Positions 29,901 to 40,106 of a stretch of 64,000 nucleotides of DNA are shown in pieces. The number at the start of each line of letters is the position of its first letter. Position 1 is the first letter of the stretch. This DNA comes from an uncultured Acidobacteriota bacterium (lineage in GTDB: Bacteria; Acidobacteriota; Thermoanaerobaculia; Gp7-AA8): contig CAWGHO010000001.1 of NCBI GenBank assembly GCA_963822445.1, forward strand, positions 608,001 to 672,000, written 5' to 3'. The notes below the pieces were generated by a model. The model was given only the letters and a program-made list of their open reading frames with translations, did not search any database and was not told the origin of the DNA. A program made the position numbers and the translations under genes.

Positions 29901-30673
29901 CCACCGTCGCCGAATCCTGCCTCGGCGCGACCTTCGCCTGGACCATCACCGGCGGCACGATCACCTCCGGAAACGGCACGCGCAGCATCACCTTCACGGC
30001 CGGCTCAGCCGGCACGCTGGTTCTCGGCGTCACCGTGACGAACGCCTTCGGCTGCGTCGATTCGAAGACCGCGAACGTGTCCGTGCAACTGGCTTCCTTC
30101 GGTGCCCCACCGGTCCTCAAGGCGACCGCCACCGGCACGACCACCACGAATCTCATCTGGGCGGCCGTCGCTTCCGCCGCCAATTACGAGGTGTACCGCG
30201 CCACCGACGGCGTCAACTTCACGCCGCGCGGAACGACTGCCGCAACCACGTTCGGCGATTCGGGGCTCACGCCCTCGACGACGTACTTCTATCAAGTGCG
30301 GGCGATCAAGGCCGACAACACCCCGTCGGCATTTTCGGCAATCGATCCGGCAACGACCGTGGTATTCACCGACGATCCGTACACGGCGACGTGCCCGCCG
30401 ACGATCCGGGCCGTTCACGTCAGCGAGCTGCGCAGCGCGATCAACATCCTCCGCGCGAGCGTCGGCTTGTCAGCGTTTGCATTCACCGACCCGACCATCG
30501 TCCCGGCGGTCACGACGATCAAGGCGGTGCACGTTGCGGAAATGCGCACGGCACTCAACGCCGCGCTCGCCGTCATCGGCGTGACACCGGTTTACACGCA
30601 CCCGACCCTCACGCCTCCCTCAACGACGGTGAGAGGCATCGACATGCAGGAGCTGCGGGATCTGACCAGGTAA
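20942..30673 (+). CDS. Giant secreted Ig-repeat adhesin-like protein (~3243 aa)
   Basis: Signal peptide MNRALCALLL; PPD..GDVGP N-domain; carboxypeptidase-regulatory-like domain; 24 repeats; FN3; C-terminal triple repeat. Confidence 0.9.
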   Translation: MNRALCALLLTMLLLPVLDGAAAKERPRKPAKETKVERQSPEAKRVTAVVKAERKQTGGPPADTPAQGKQPVKIGPPVEREMKKAKGKVFDLRALPSTPPRQRERPERHGPPPNPVMIEPPAGTSSPSIGEEGFRLPAIEAAAPAPISTFDGLDRENWGAGSPPDTTGDVGPTHYIQGVNTSVGVYRKSDGFRLAAFTFDTLMSQGNFGNLCDTDNFGDPVVLYDTFEDRWILTDFAFQLDGQGNINPPVAYQCFAVSMSGDPVSGGWNFYSIEVTDGLHDYEKLGVWSDGIYMSANMFGFSASGTFQGVRAWALNKAQMYAGSPTVQIVQFDIGSGDFTVVPSNARLQTGTPPPGRPNLFTSTWNYLNAVSVYKFAVNWTSIGLSTLTGPDVPLAGTSWPDAGPANVPQSGTAQLLDALPLRAMVQNQYTNLGGTESLWIPHTVRRANNTGFAAPRWYEVNVTGGTVAASIPQAATWDPDAANVTHRFMPSLAVDRARNMALAYSTSSGTTFPSIKYAGRLATDPVNTFSQTEQTLFAGTASQTSSERWGDYSSVMLDPDGCTFWITNQYANPAAQTFDKRWKTRIGSFRYSQCTMVGAGGALSGTVTATAGGAPINGATVALGARSTTTNAAGAYAFTAIPAGTYPSMTVSLPGYTSATATNIPITDGGTTTRDFSLGTASSNACLTDTSQADFQAGVGTDVSFTVTPGSVTLGSVDATDQITTNYTTSGIGFSGTSFAGQTFTPGVTGALKRIDVEIFCASCSGTNPNLTVEARTTSGGNIVMTAGGLLASATIAGTSSGSGGFLTFNFVTPPTLTAGTQYGFVVRSVTTRTTGTQAVLVSDGDGLTGGRRQTCSSASCSNSTGQSNDIVFISYMNVGFASSGTFVSSTKDGNPAFGMTPAWSTITWNGVIPANTTLQIQMAGSNSAAGPFNFVGPDGTGATYFASGASIAQFNSFRYLQYKAYFTTSNAAVTATLNDVALCYQSVACPGSAPTITPTPAQVCASSTGNTASGPAGMTAYAWSITNGTITAGATAQTVMYTAGTTATVTLMLVVTEPGGCQKATVLNVPVFGVTPTINAGGPTTFCAGGSVLLTSSSASGNQWYLNGNPLNGETNQTYTATASGNYTVVVTDNGCTSAPSSATTVTVNAIPATPTITPGGPTTFCAGGSVLLTSSSASGNQWFLNGNPIGAATNQTYSATASGNYTVVVTTNGCASAASSATNVTVNPIPATPTITPGGPTTFCAGGSVLLTSSSASGNQWFLNGNPIGAATNQTYSVSASGNYTVVVTTNGCASAASSATSVTVNPIPATPTITPGGPTTFCTGGSVLLSSSSASGNQWYLDGNPIGAATNQTYSASAAGNYTVIVTTNGCASAASSATAVTVNPIPATPTINAGGPTTFCAGGSVLLTSSSASGNQWFLNGNPIGAATNQTYSASASGNYTVVVTTNGCASAASSATSVTVNPTPATPTITPDGPTTFCTGGSVLLTSSSASGNQWYLNGNPIGAATNQTYSASASGNYTVIVTTNGCASSASAPTTVTVNPIPATPTINAGGPTTFCAGGSVLLTSSSASGNQWYLDGNPIGGATNQSFSAGASGNYTVVVTTNGCSSAASSATSVTVNPTPAIPTITPDGPTTFCAGGSVLLTSSSASGNQWYLDGNPIGAATNQTYTATAAGNYTVVVTTNGCASTASAATTVTVNPIPATPTINAGGPTTFCVGGSVSLTSSSASGNQWYLNGNPIGAATNQTYSASASGNYTVVVTTNGCASAASSATSVTVNPTPATPTITPDGPTTFCAGGSVLLTSSSASGNQWYLDGNPIGAATNQTYTATAAGNYTVVVTTNGCASAPSAATAVTVNPIPATPTVNAGGPTTFCAGGSVLLTSSSASGNQWYLSGNPINGATNQTFDAGASGNYTVVVTTNNCASAASSATAVTVNPTPATPTITPDGPTTFCTGGSVLLTSSSASGNQWYLNGNPIGGETNQTYSASASGNYTVVVTTDGCASAASSATTVTVNPSPATPTITPDGPTTFCTGGSVLLTSSSASGNQWYLGGNPIGGETNQTYSASASGNYTVIVTTNGCASATSSATTVTVNPIPATPSINAGGPTTFCAGGSVLLTSSSASGNQWYLNGNPIGGATNQTFDAGASGNYTVIVTTNGCASAASSTTTVTVNPTPATPTITPDGPTTFCTGGSVLLTSSSASGNQWYLNGNPIGGETNQTYSASASGNYTVIVTTNGCASAASSATTVTVNPIPATPTITPDGPTTFCAGGSVLLTSSSASGNQWYLNGNPIGVETNQTYSATASGNYTVVVTTNGCASAASTAITVTVNPTPATPTIEADGPTTFCTGGSVLLTSSSASGNQWYLNGNPIGGETNQTYNATASGNYTVVVTTNGCASAASSATTVTVNPIPATPTITPDGPTTFCAGGSVLLTSSSASGNQWYLNGNPIGAATNQTYSANVSGNYTVVVTTNGCASAASSATAVTVNPTPAAPTIEADGPTTFCTGGSVLLTSSSASGNQWYLDGTPLNGETSQTYNATAAGNYTAIVTTNGCTSPASAATTVTVNPIPATPTINAGGPTTFCTGGSVLLTSTSASGNQWYLNGTPLNGETNQTYNATASGNYTVVVTANSCASAASAATTVTVNPIPATPTINAGGPTTFCAGGSVLLTSSSASGNQWYLNGNPIGGETNQTYNATAAGNYTVVVTTDGCTSAASATTAVTVNPVPATPTITGASSFCAGSSTLLTSSSATGNHWFLNGNPIGSATDQTYNATAAGNYTVVVTTSGCASAPSAAKTVTVTPLPATPTISAGGATTFCAGGSVLLTSSSTTGNQWFLNGNPIGGATSRTFSAGASGSYTVVVTTNGCSSAHSAATTVTVKPMPSAPAINAGGPTTFCEGGSVTLNSSTATGNQWYRDYILLAGQTGQSILVTTAGSYSVTTTLDGCTSAASTPTYVTVNPRPDATITVASPMFSGASANATVAESCLGATFAWTITGGTITSGNGTRSITFTAGSAGTLVLGVTVTNAFGCVDSKTANVSVQLASFGAPPVLKATATGTTTTNLIWAAVASAANYEVYRATDGVNFTPRGTTAATTFGDSGLTPSTTYFYQVRAIKADNTPSAFSAIDPATTVVFTDDPYTATCPPTIRAVHVSELRSAINILRASVGLSAFAFTDPTIVPAVTTIKAVHVAEMRTALNAALAVIGVTPVYTHPTLTPPSTTVRGIDMQELRDLTR
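24170..29845 (+). repeat. 24 tandem 237-bp (79-aa) coding repeats, Ig/PKD-like
   Basis: GNQW codons recur every 237 bp from 24248 to 28988, then at 29219, 29456 and 29693. Confidence 0.95.
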
Positions 30674-30676
30674 CCG

Positions 30677-31381
30677 TCAGGAGTCGAAGGCCACGCCGCC
30701 GATCGGACGGCCGTGCTTCGCGCCCGGATCGACGCGCGAGTCGAGCAGCTCGCGCAGGTTCGTCATCTCCAGGAAGAGATGGCGATGGCGGATGCAGTGC
30801 ACGGCGATGGAGAAGAACAGCAGCGCCAGCACCGAAAAGTAAACCTGCGAGGCCGGCGTCGATGCCGGCAGCGGAGCACTCGACGGCGCCAGGAACATCT
30901 CCTGGGCCATGACCATCCCGAACAGCGGCAGCGGGAAGAAGACCAGCGCGGAGAGAAAGCGGCTCGCCTGGATGCTGAAGTACGGACGCAGCGACAGCAG
31001 GCTGAGCGACACGAAAAAGCCGAGGGCCATGACTCCCGCGAAATGCACCTCGGCCAGCTGCCCGTCCTCGATGCTGATGATCCGCCACTGCAGCAGAAGC
31101 AATCCCGCGAGCAGCGCCGCCGAGCCCGCGGTGCAGACAACCGCCATCAGCGATGCGAAGAGATTGCGCGCCGCGAGCAGCGCCGCCATCCGCAGAAACA
31201 GCGCCGCGATGCCGAGCCCGGCCACGAGAGCGATGACGATCGCCCAGACCGCGCGCGCCGAGTCCGGAAGCGCGACGAACGCGAGCGTTCCGCTCCGCAT
31301 CTCCCGCGCGACTTCAGCGGCGCTGGTGAGAGCGAGGAAAAGGCAGAAAGCGGTGCCGGCGTAGAAGAGGATCTTGGGCAT
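30677..31381 (-). CDS. Multi-TM hypothetical protein
   Basis: About 6 hydrophobic segments. Confidence 0.75.
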   Translation of the reverse strand: MPKILFYAGTAFCLFLALTSAAEVAREMRSGTLAFVALPDSARAVWAIVIALVAGLGIAALFLRMAALLAARNLFASLMAVVCTAGSAALLAGLLLLQWRIISIEDGQLAEVHFAGVMALGFFVSLSLLSLRPYFSIQASRFLSALVFFPLPLFGMVMAQEMFLAPSSAPLPASTPASQVYFSVLALLFFSIAVHCIRHRHLFLEMTNLRELLDSRVDPGAKHGRPIGGVAFDS

Positions 31382-31403
31382 CAGCGGCGAGGATACAACC
31401 TGT

Positions 31404-31637
31404 TCACTCCTTCATCGAAATGATGTGATCCAGCCGGATCTCCAGCGCGCCCGAGTCCGATGCGAAGCGGATGAATTCGGCCCCGTTCGCGGTGAACACG
31501 TCCTCGACCCGGCCACGCTCTTTCTGCGTCACGCCCTCGAGATCGAACTCCAGCTCCACTTCGGATTTGTGCATCGCCGCGGCTTCGAGCTGGTCGTGGT
31601 AGTCACACGAAACAGGTTCGTAACGTTCCTCAGACAT
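31404..31637 (-). CDS. rof: Rho-binding antiterminator Rof/YaeO-like
   Basis: YEPVSCDYHDQLE...GAEF...EIRLDHI resembles the Rof signature. Confidence 0.8.
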   Translation of the reverse strand: MSEERYEPVSCDYHDQLEAAAMHKSEVELEFDLEGVTQKERGRVEDVFTANGAEFIRFASDSGALEIRLDHIISMKE

Positions 31638-31703
31638 GCAGAATCCTCCACCTTCGGTCTTTACAACAATGAGGCCAGTTGACGTACGATTCGCGGGCAC
31701 CCC

Positions 31704-31982
31704 ATGTCCCAGCTCAGCACACTCATGCCGGTCGCCTTCGCGGTAATCCTTCTGCTCATCCTGGTGGTCTCCTTCCGCTCGCGGGCGGTGGTCTTCTGCC
31801 AGTACCTCGAGACCATGACCGGGATCAGTCTGAAACCGGCTGATGTGCGCCGCGTATACCGCGAGAAGGGCCGGAATGGCGTCCGCGATCTTTTCCTTGA
31901 TCTCATCATCCGCGAGGACCTGAAAGAGGGCCCGATGGAGATCCCGGACGACGAGCAGGCGTCCGGCTCGGCAGCTCAATAA
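31704..31982 (+). CDS. Small single-TM hypothetical protein
   Basis: N-terminal TM helix, plausible ORF upstream of the M16 gene. Confidence 0.65.
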   Translation: MSQLSTLMPVAFAVILLLILVVSFRSRAVVFCQYLETMTGISLKPADVRRVYREKGRNGVRDLFLDLIIREDLKEGPMEIPDDEQASGSAAQ

Positions 31983-32008
31983 AGCAACCTCAATCGAAAG
32001 GGAGATCT

Positions 32009-34863
<2,855 letters not shown>

Positions 34864-34866
<3 letters not shown>

Positions 34867-34947
34867 CGCGCGCCGCAAGGCGCGCGTCATCCTGAGCGCA
34901 GTCGAAGGATCCTCTGAATGGAACGGCGGCCGACTCGGCCGCCGTTT
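34864..34947. terminator. Two hairpins with an intervening GTCATCCTGAGC..GAAGGATC motif
   Basis: TGACGCGCGCC-GCAA-GGCGCGCGTCA; GAACGGCGGCCGA/TCGGCCGCCGTTT. Confidence 0.6.
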
Positions 34948-34979
34948 CCGTTTATGAGACCATCGACGGAGCGAGCACC

Positions 34980-35408
34980 ATGAACGGAGAGGGCAACGAA
35001 CCGATCGTCGTACGGCTCGCATGGCCGTGGCGGCTCGTCGCACCCGCGTTGATCGCGGTCGCCGCTACCTATCCATTCCTTGTCCGTTACGTGGAGCTGC
35101 GAGCCCTCGATCGAGGGGACGTTCTCCCGGTTGTTGGCATTCTCGCGTTCGGCCTGGCGTATGCGTGGTACTGCTCGCACTCGGCCCGTATCGAAAAGAC
35201 GACCATTACCTTCAAGTCTTTCGGACGCACGCAAGTACTTCGCGACGACGACATTGCCTCGTTTGAGGTGACGAAATCGTGGGTGACCGCGACGGACCGC
35301 ACGGGTAGAAAACACCGGGTCAGTTCGTATGCACCAGGAAGCGCAGCACTCGCAAACCGTTTGAAGGCATCGGCCGTCGGGTCTAAGCTCTCGCCTCTCT
35401 CTCAGTGA
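34980..35408 (+). CDS. Two-TM hypothetical protein
   Basis: Two TM segments then a small beta-rich domain; GGAG upstream. Confidence 0.6.
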   Translation: MNGEGNEPIVVRLAWPWRLVAPALIAVAATYPFLVRYVELRALDRGDVLPVVGILAFGLAYAWYCSHSARIEKTTITFKSFGRTQVLRDDDIASFEVTKSWVTATDRTGRKHRVSSYAPGSAALANRLKASAVGSKLSPLSQ

Positions 35409-35433
35409 CAACAGCATCCGGAGACGGCTAGCG

Positions 35434-37242
35434 ATGAAACGATCCCTGCTCTGTTTTCTTCTCCTCTCTTTCTCGTTGTTCCCTCTCGCCGCGCAGGAGG
35501 TGCCGTCCGAGGAGATCGACCTCGAGGAAGAGCACATCCGCAGCCGTAACGAACACGGCGACTCCCACGCCTCGGGCGGCAGGCCGGAGCTCGGCGAGGT
35601 CATGCTGGGCAACAGGACCGTGGCCACCACGCTCATCAAAGTCGGTCTCTCGTACTCCTTCACCTCGACCGGAGCCTTCTCCGAGTTCAGCACGCGCCAC
35701 CATCCCTTCGCGGAGATCACCCATACCGCCGGGACCGTGCATCTCCTCGACGGGGGGACCGGTAAGAAGATCATCGACCTCGAGCCGGCAACCCTCGTGC
35801 GCGTCACGCGGGACAGCAACGGGTATCAGGTGACCGTGGCCGGGGTGGCCATGGGCACGTACGCCGGACCGCTCTACTTCCGTCCGACCGATGCCACGAA
35901 TCAGTTCCGCATCGAGCACATCCGCCGCGTATTCAGCGGCACCAAGGTACCCAGCTATCGCGGAACGATCGAGCTCTCGCATGCTTCGGGAACCGAGGCG
36001 AACAAGTTCCATGTGGTGAACATCGTGGAGATCGAAGATTACGTGCCGGGTGTCGTGGCCAACGAGTCGATCGCGTCGTTTCACATGGAGGCGCTCAAGG
36101 CCCAGGCAGTCGCGGCGCGCGGCTACGCCATCGCCAACATCGGCCGCTTCCGCGCGACGTTCCCCTACGACATCGTCGACTCGAGCGCGTCGCAGGTTTA
36201 CCGCGGCGTGATCTCCGAACATGTCCGGGCCGTTCAGGCCAGCACGGAGACAGTCGGGCTGGTGGCGTCCCATCAGGGCACGATCATCGGCGCGCTGTAT
36301 TCGTCGTCGATGGGCGGGCACACCGATCACAACGAGTGGATCTTCAACATCCCCAGCAACCAGTGGCCGGGCACGAACGCGACTCCGTACCTGCGGGGCA
36401 TCTACGACGGCGACGCCGTACCGCCGCCTGACGTGACCACCGAGGACGGCTTGTCCGCGTTCTGGAAAGCGTCGCCGATGCCGACCGTCTACGACGACTG
36501 CGGGCGCGTGGGCAACCGCTTTTCACGCTGGCGAGTGGTGCTGACCGGGGCACAAATGCGGGCGCGGATCACGCCGGCGGTGCCGGCCGGAGTGAACATC
36601 ACCGACGTCGAGGTCACCCGCCGCATGACCTCGGGCCGCGCGGCGATCGTGAAGATCAGCCTTTCCAATGGCAACACCGTCGAAGTTCGCGGATGGGATC
36701 CACTGCGCAACTTTTTCCGTCCAGCAGTGACGACGCCGGCACTCTGCGGTACTACGACCATCCCCGCGGGCATGATCCTCAACAACCCCAGCGTGCTGGA
36801 TGTCACGAAGAACGCCGACGGCACCGTCAACAACGTGGTGGTATGGGGCGGCGGGTGGGGACACAACGTCGGCATGAGCCAGTACGGCGCCCAGGGTCGC
36901 GCGCGCTCCGGCCAGACCTTCCTGCAGATTCTGAAGGCCTACTACACGAGCGTCGACATCGGCAGCTACCCGATCGACATCGGCCGCGAGCCCGGCTCCG
37001 GTCCCCCGACGCTGCGCCACGAGTTCCAGGCGCCCAACGCGCAAGGCACGCTGTTCGTGCGCGACGCAACGATCTCGAAGCTGCGCGTGCACGTGAACGG
37101 GCTGTATGACATCTCCATCGACGACTTCCCCGGTGGCCAGGCGAGTATCGATCTCTCCCCGTTTCTCGTGCCCGGTCTCAACGTGGTCCAGTACAACGCG
37201 GTGGGGCACGGAACGGCGACGGTGACTGTCGTCGTCGACTGA
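35434..37242 (+). CDS. SpoIID/LytB-domain lytic transglycosylase-like protein
   Basis: YRG, EDYVPGVVANE, EALKAQAVAAR, QVY, GWGHNVGMSQYGA, ILKAYY. Confidence 0.92.
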   Translation: MKRSLLCFLLLSFSLFPLAAQEVPSEEIDLEEEHIRSRNEHGDSHASGGRPELGEVMLGNRTVATTLIKVGLSYSFTSTGAFSEFSTRHHPFAEITHTAGTVHLLDGGTGKKIIDLEPATLVRVTRDSNGYQVTVAGVAMGTYAGPLYFRPTDATNQFRIEHIRRVFSGTKVPSYRGTIELSHASGTEANKFHVVNIVEIEDYVPGVVANESIASFHMEALKAQAVAARGYAIANIGRFRATFPYDIVDSSASQVYRGVISEHVRAVQASTETVGLVASHQGTIIGALYSSSMGGHTDHNEWIFNIPSNQWPGTNATPYLRGIYDGDAVPPPDVTTEDGLSAFWKASPMPTVYDDCGRVGNRFSRWRVVLTGAQMRARITPAVPAGVNITDVEVTRRMTSGRAAIVKISLSNGNTVEVRGWDPLRNFFRPAVTTPALCGTTTIPAGMILNNPSVLDVTKNADGTVNNVVVWGGGWGHNVGMSQYGAQGRARSGQTFLQILKAYYTSVDIGSYPIDIGREPGSGPPTLRHEFQAPNAQGTLFVRDATISKLRVHVNGLYDISIDDFPGGQASIDLSPFLVPGLNVVQYNAVGHGTATVTVVVD

Positions 37243-37261
37243 CGATCTCGTTCTCTGATTC

Positions 37262-37288
37262 GAAGCCCGGCCGCACGGCCGGGCTTTC
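37262..37288 (+). terminator. Intrinsic terminator
   Basis: GAAGCCCGGCCG-CA-CGGCCGGGCTTTC after stop codon. Confidence 0.7.
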
Positions 37289-37315
37289 ATCAAGGACGCG
37301 GAAGGTTCGAGACCG

Positions 37316-37810
37316 ATGGGGAAATGGGCAGACGTAGCTTGCAACTGTTCGAATCGCGTGCAGCTGGCGTGTGGTCACCGCGGCGGACTCGCGATCGAGT
37401 TCTGGCCAGGGAACATCATTGCAGTCGGTTCCTACCTCGGCAGTGGGGGCGGTGCACTGCCGGTGTTCGCTGCGGTCGGCGATCCGATGAACTATGACAA
37501 CGATGACGAGCTTCACCTTGTCTCGCCCTTAGATGCTGAGTCGTGGCTGCGAGAGATTGAAGAAGTGCGGCAGGCGCTGGATGGTGGATCGAACCTGCCG
37601 CGCGAGCACGTCATCCGGTTGCTCTGTGGCTTTGCCGAGACCGAGCGGCGGCTCGAAACTCCCACATTTACGCCGTTCGAGATCCCCGACACTTCGTCAC
37701 CGGTGCACCTCGAGCTGGGAGCGACGAAAATCCGCGAAGCATTGGCCGACGCGGAAACACTTTGCCGCGCGAGCATCGCGACCGGAAATCCAATCAGGTT
37801 GCTCTGGTGA
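37316..37810 (+). CDS. Hypothetical protein
   Basis: 164-aa ORF, N-terminal CNC...CGH, atypical codon use. Confidence 0.55.
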   Translation: MGKWADVACNCSNRVQLACGHRGGLAIEFWPGNIIAVGSYLGSGGGALPVFAAVGDPMNYDNDDELHLVSPLDAESWLREIEEVRQALDGGSNLPREHVIRLLCGFAETERRLETPTFTPFEIPDTSSPVHLELGATKIREALADAETLCRASIATGNPIRLLW

Positions 37811-37892
37811 GCCGGACCGGGCTTACAACAACAAGAAGCTTCGTTGCGCGAGCGAGTCATTCATGGCACTCTGCCCTTATTCCGAGGAGGCC

Positions 37893-38705
37893 ATGATGGC
37901 GGACCAGGACGACGCACTCGATCGTCTCAACCAACGGTTGGACGTCCTGTCGTTAAAGCTCGATCGTCAGACACTGCAGATGCAGGCGCCGCCTGCAGAG
38001 AAGAAGCAGGCGTGGTGGGTCACTGCGATTCAGTTTCTAGGATTACCCGCGGCCGTCGTCGCAATCGTGATGCAGACGGGCCAAACCGCGCAGATGTTCG
38101 AATCCAAGGAGAAAACGGCGGCCGAAGCGCGAAAAGTCGAAGCGGAGGCGGAGAAGATCCGGGTCGAGTCGGAGAAGTTGAGACTCGAGCTCAAAGAACA
38201 ACAGGCGAAACTTGCCAAAGAGAGTGTCTCCGGTGCTCAAGTCGACGCGACACTCAACAATATCCGCGCGACGTTGGCGTCACTGGACGAGATGGAGCGG
38301 CGCATCCGAAACGAGCGTGCCGAGTCGTTGCTGCGTAAGTTCATCATTCTGTGGGCTGCCGTTTGGGCCATTGGCCTCGTTTTCGACATCTTCACGCAAT
38401 TGTGGTCAATCCTGCTGAATTCAGTGACGGCATCGATCTTCATGAACCGGCGACACGATGGCGGCGAGCGCCACCAGCGTCTCGTCCGTCGGATAAGTAT
38501 TGTGCTGCCGGTCATGCATCAGATTCCGAGCCTGCTGCGATGGGCGGTGCAGTTGTCCGTGCTCATTACGCTGGTTGGACCTGTCTTTGACGGCGTCGCG
38601 CAATTGAATGGTGCTGACGTGACCTTCAGAGACGTCATTCGGAATGTGGCGACAGCGCAGTTCAGTACGGCGATTGGACAACTCGCCCGGGCGATGGGCG
38701 CGTAA
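37893..38705 (+). CDS. Coiled-coil/TM hypothetical protein
   Basis: SD GAGGAGG 37884-37890; TM, coiled coil, further TMs. Confidence 0.7.
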   Translation: MMADQDDALDRLNQRLDVLSLKLDRQTLQMQAPPAEKKQAWWVTAIQFLGLPAAVVAIVMQTGQTAQMFESKEKTAAEARKVEAEAEKIRVESEKLRLELKEQQAKLAKESVSGAQVDATLNNIRATLASLDEMERRIRNERAESLLRKFIILWAAVWAIGLVFDIFTQLWSILLNSVTASIFMNRRHDGGERHQRLVRRISIVLPVMHQIPSLLRWAVQLSVLITLVGPVFDGVAQLNGADVTFRDVIRNVATAQFSTAIGQLARAMGA

Positions 38706-38716
38706 ACGAACGCTCC

Positions 38717-39298
38717 TCACAGCGGAATCAGGAACGTCGCCCCCCACCCCAACGGCCAGTTCGCCGCACGGACGTAGATCCGCCAGGCCGGGACATGCGC
38801 GTTTTCGGTCGGCGGCAGTGAGAAGGAGAAGGGGATGCGGATCTGTCCTGAAGCGTCCTTGCGCACGCGCTCGGACGGCAGTTCCTGGCGAAGGGTCATC
38901 ACCACGTACTTCCCGCTCTGCCCCTCGAAAATGACGCGCACCGGTGCGCGAGGAACGCTCGACAGTTCCGTTTCGATCCAGCCTTCGAATGGCTTTCCGA
39001 AGATCAGCGGCGACTTCGCTTTGAGCGTCGCTTCGCCATAGCGGCGCTGCCACAGCAGAAACACCGCGGTGAGCGCGAGGAGCGACAGGATGAACGCGCC
39101 GACGAACAGTGACGCACCGCGCATGGACGGCTCGCTCATCGCGGCCATGACCAGAAAGGCGATGCCGGCGAAGAAGCCGATCTTGAAGAGGTTCACCGGC
39201 GTCGTGGTCCGCTCCTCGGGCACCCACAACCCGATCCCTTCGGCGCCTGGCGCCACTTCCCGGTCAAACAGCATCGCCAGATTATGAACGACGGTCAT
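38717..39298 (-). CDS. Two-TM hypothetical protein
   Basis: Two TM segments plus soluble domain; start uncertain. Confidence 0.65.
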   Translation of the reverse strand: MTVVHNLAMLFDREVAPGAEGIGLWVPEERTTTPVNLFKIGFFAGIAFLVMAAMSEPSMRGASLFVGAFILSLLALTAVFLLWQRRYGEATLKAKSPLIFGKPFEGWIETELSSVPRAPVRVIFEGQSGKYVVMTLRQELPSERVRKDASGQIRIPFSFSLPPTENAHVPAWRIYVRAANWPLGWGATFLIPL

Positions 39299-39337
39299 TG
39301 CAAATAATCCTCATCTCGGTCATGTTCCCCGCCACGA

Positions 39338-39955
39338 ATGCGCGTCCTCGTTCTCGATAGCGACCGCTGGCGTGAGATGGGGATCGCCCGGGTCCTCGAC
39401 GGGGAGCCCGGCCTCACGCCGGTGCTCGAGCGCGACCTCGGCGATCAGACCTGGTCGAAGTCGCGGGCCACGGTCGTGCTCGTATCGGACGACTCCGTCC
39501 GTCACGACGCCCGGCGCTCCATCCGCGCTCTGCGGCGCAAGTTCCCCCAGGCCAAGATCCTCGTGCACGGCCTGCAGGAAGATCCCGCGGCCATCGCCGA
39601 CTTCGTGGCCCAGGGAGCGGACGGCTACTTCACGCTCGACCTCGGCGAGGAGAAGCTGGTCAAGGCCATCCGGGTCGTAGCCGGTGGCGCGGTCTGGCTT
39701 CCCCAGAAAGCGGTCACCTCCATCGCTCAGCAGTTCCGATCGGGCGGCGGATCTTCAGCGCTCGACGCTTCCGACCAGGCGCTGCTGCACATGCTGGCCG
39801 AAGGGCTGTCGAACAAAGAAATGGCCGCGCAGCTCGGCATCGCCGAGATCACCGCGAAGACGCGACTGGCCAGGCTGTATCGCCGCTTCGGCGTGAACAG
39901 CCGCGTGCAGCTTCTCTCCTACGCCATCAAGCACGGCCTCGTGCGCCATCACTGA
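39338..39955 (+). CDS. NarL/LuxR-family response regulator (atypical receiver)
   Basis: GADGY; LAEGLSNKEMAAQLGIAEITAK HTH. Confidence 0.88.
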   Translation: MRVLVLDSDRWREMGIARVLDGEPGLTPVLERDLGDQTWSKSRATVVLVSDDSVRHDARRSIRALRRKFPQAKILVHGLQEDPAAIADFVAQGADGYFTLDLGEEKLVKAIRVVAGGAVWLPQKAVTSIAQQFRSGGGSSALDASDQALLHMLAEGLSNKEMAAQLGIAEITAKTRLARLYRRFGVNSRVQLLSYAIKHGLVRHH

Positions 39956-40106
39956 CCTGCCCGAACGGGTGGGCGGCGCGATATCCGAACGACCACCATC
40001 CATATCCGTCTGCATCAGAAAATCTCGCGAGATCGGAAACTCCATTGCAAAGCCCCTCCCCCGCGACGCCGTACGCGCCGCAATTCTCTTGAGGAGGCTT
40101 TCCCTT

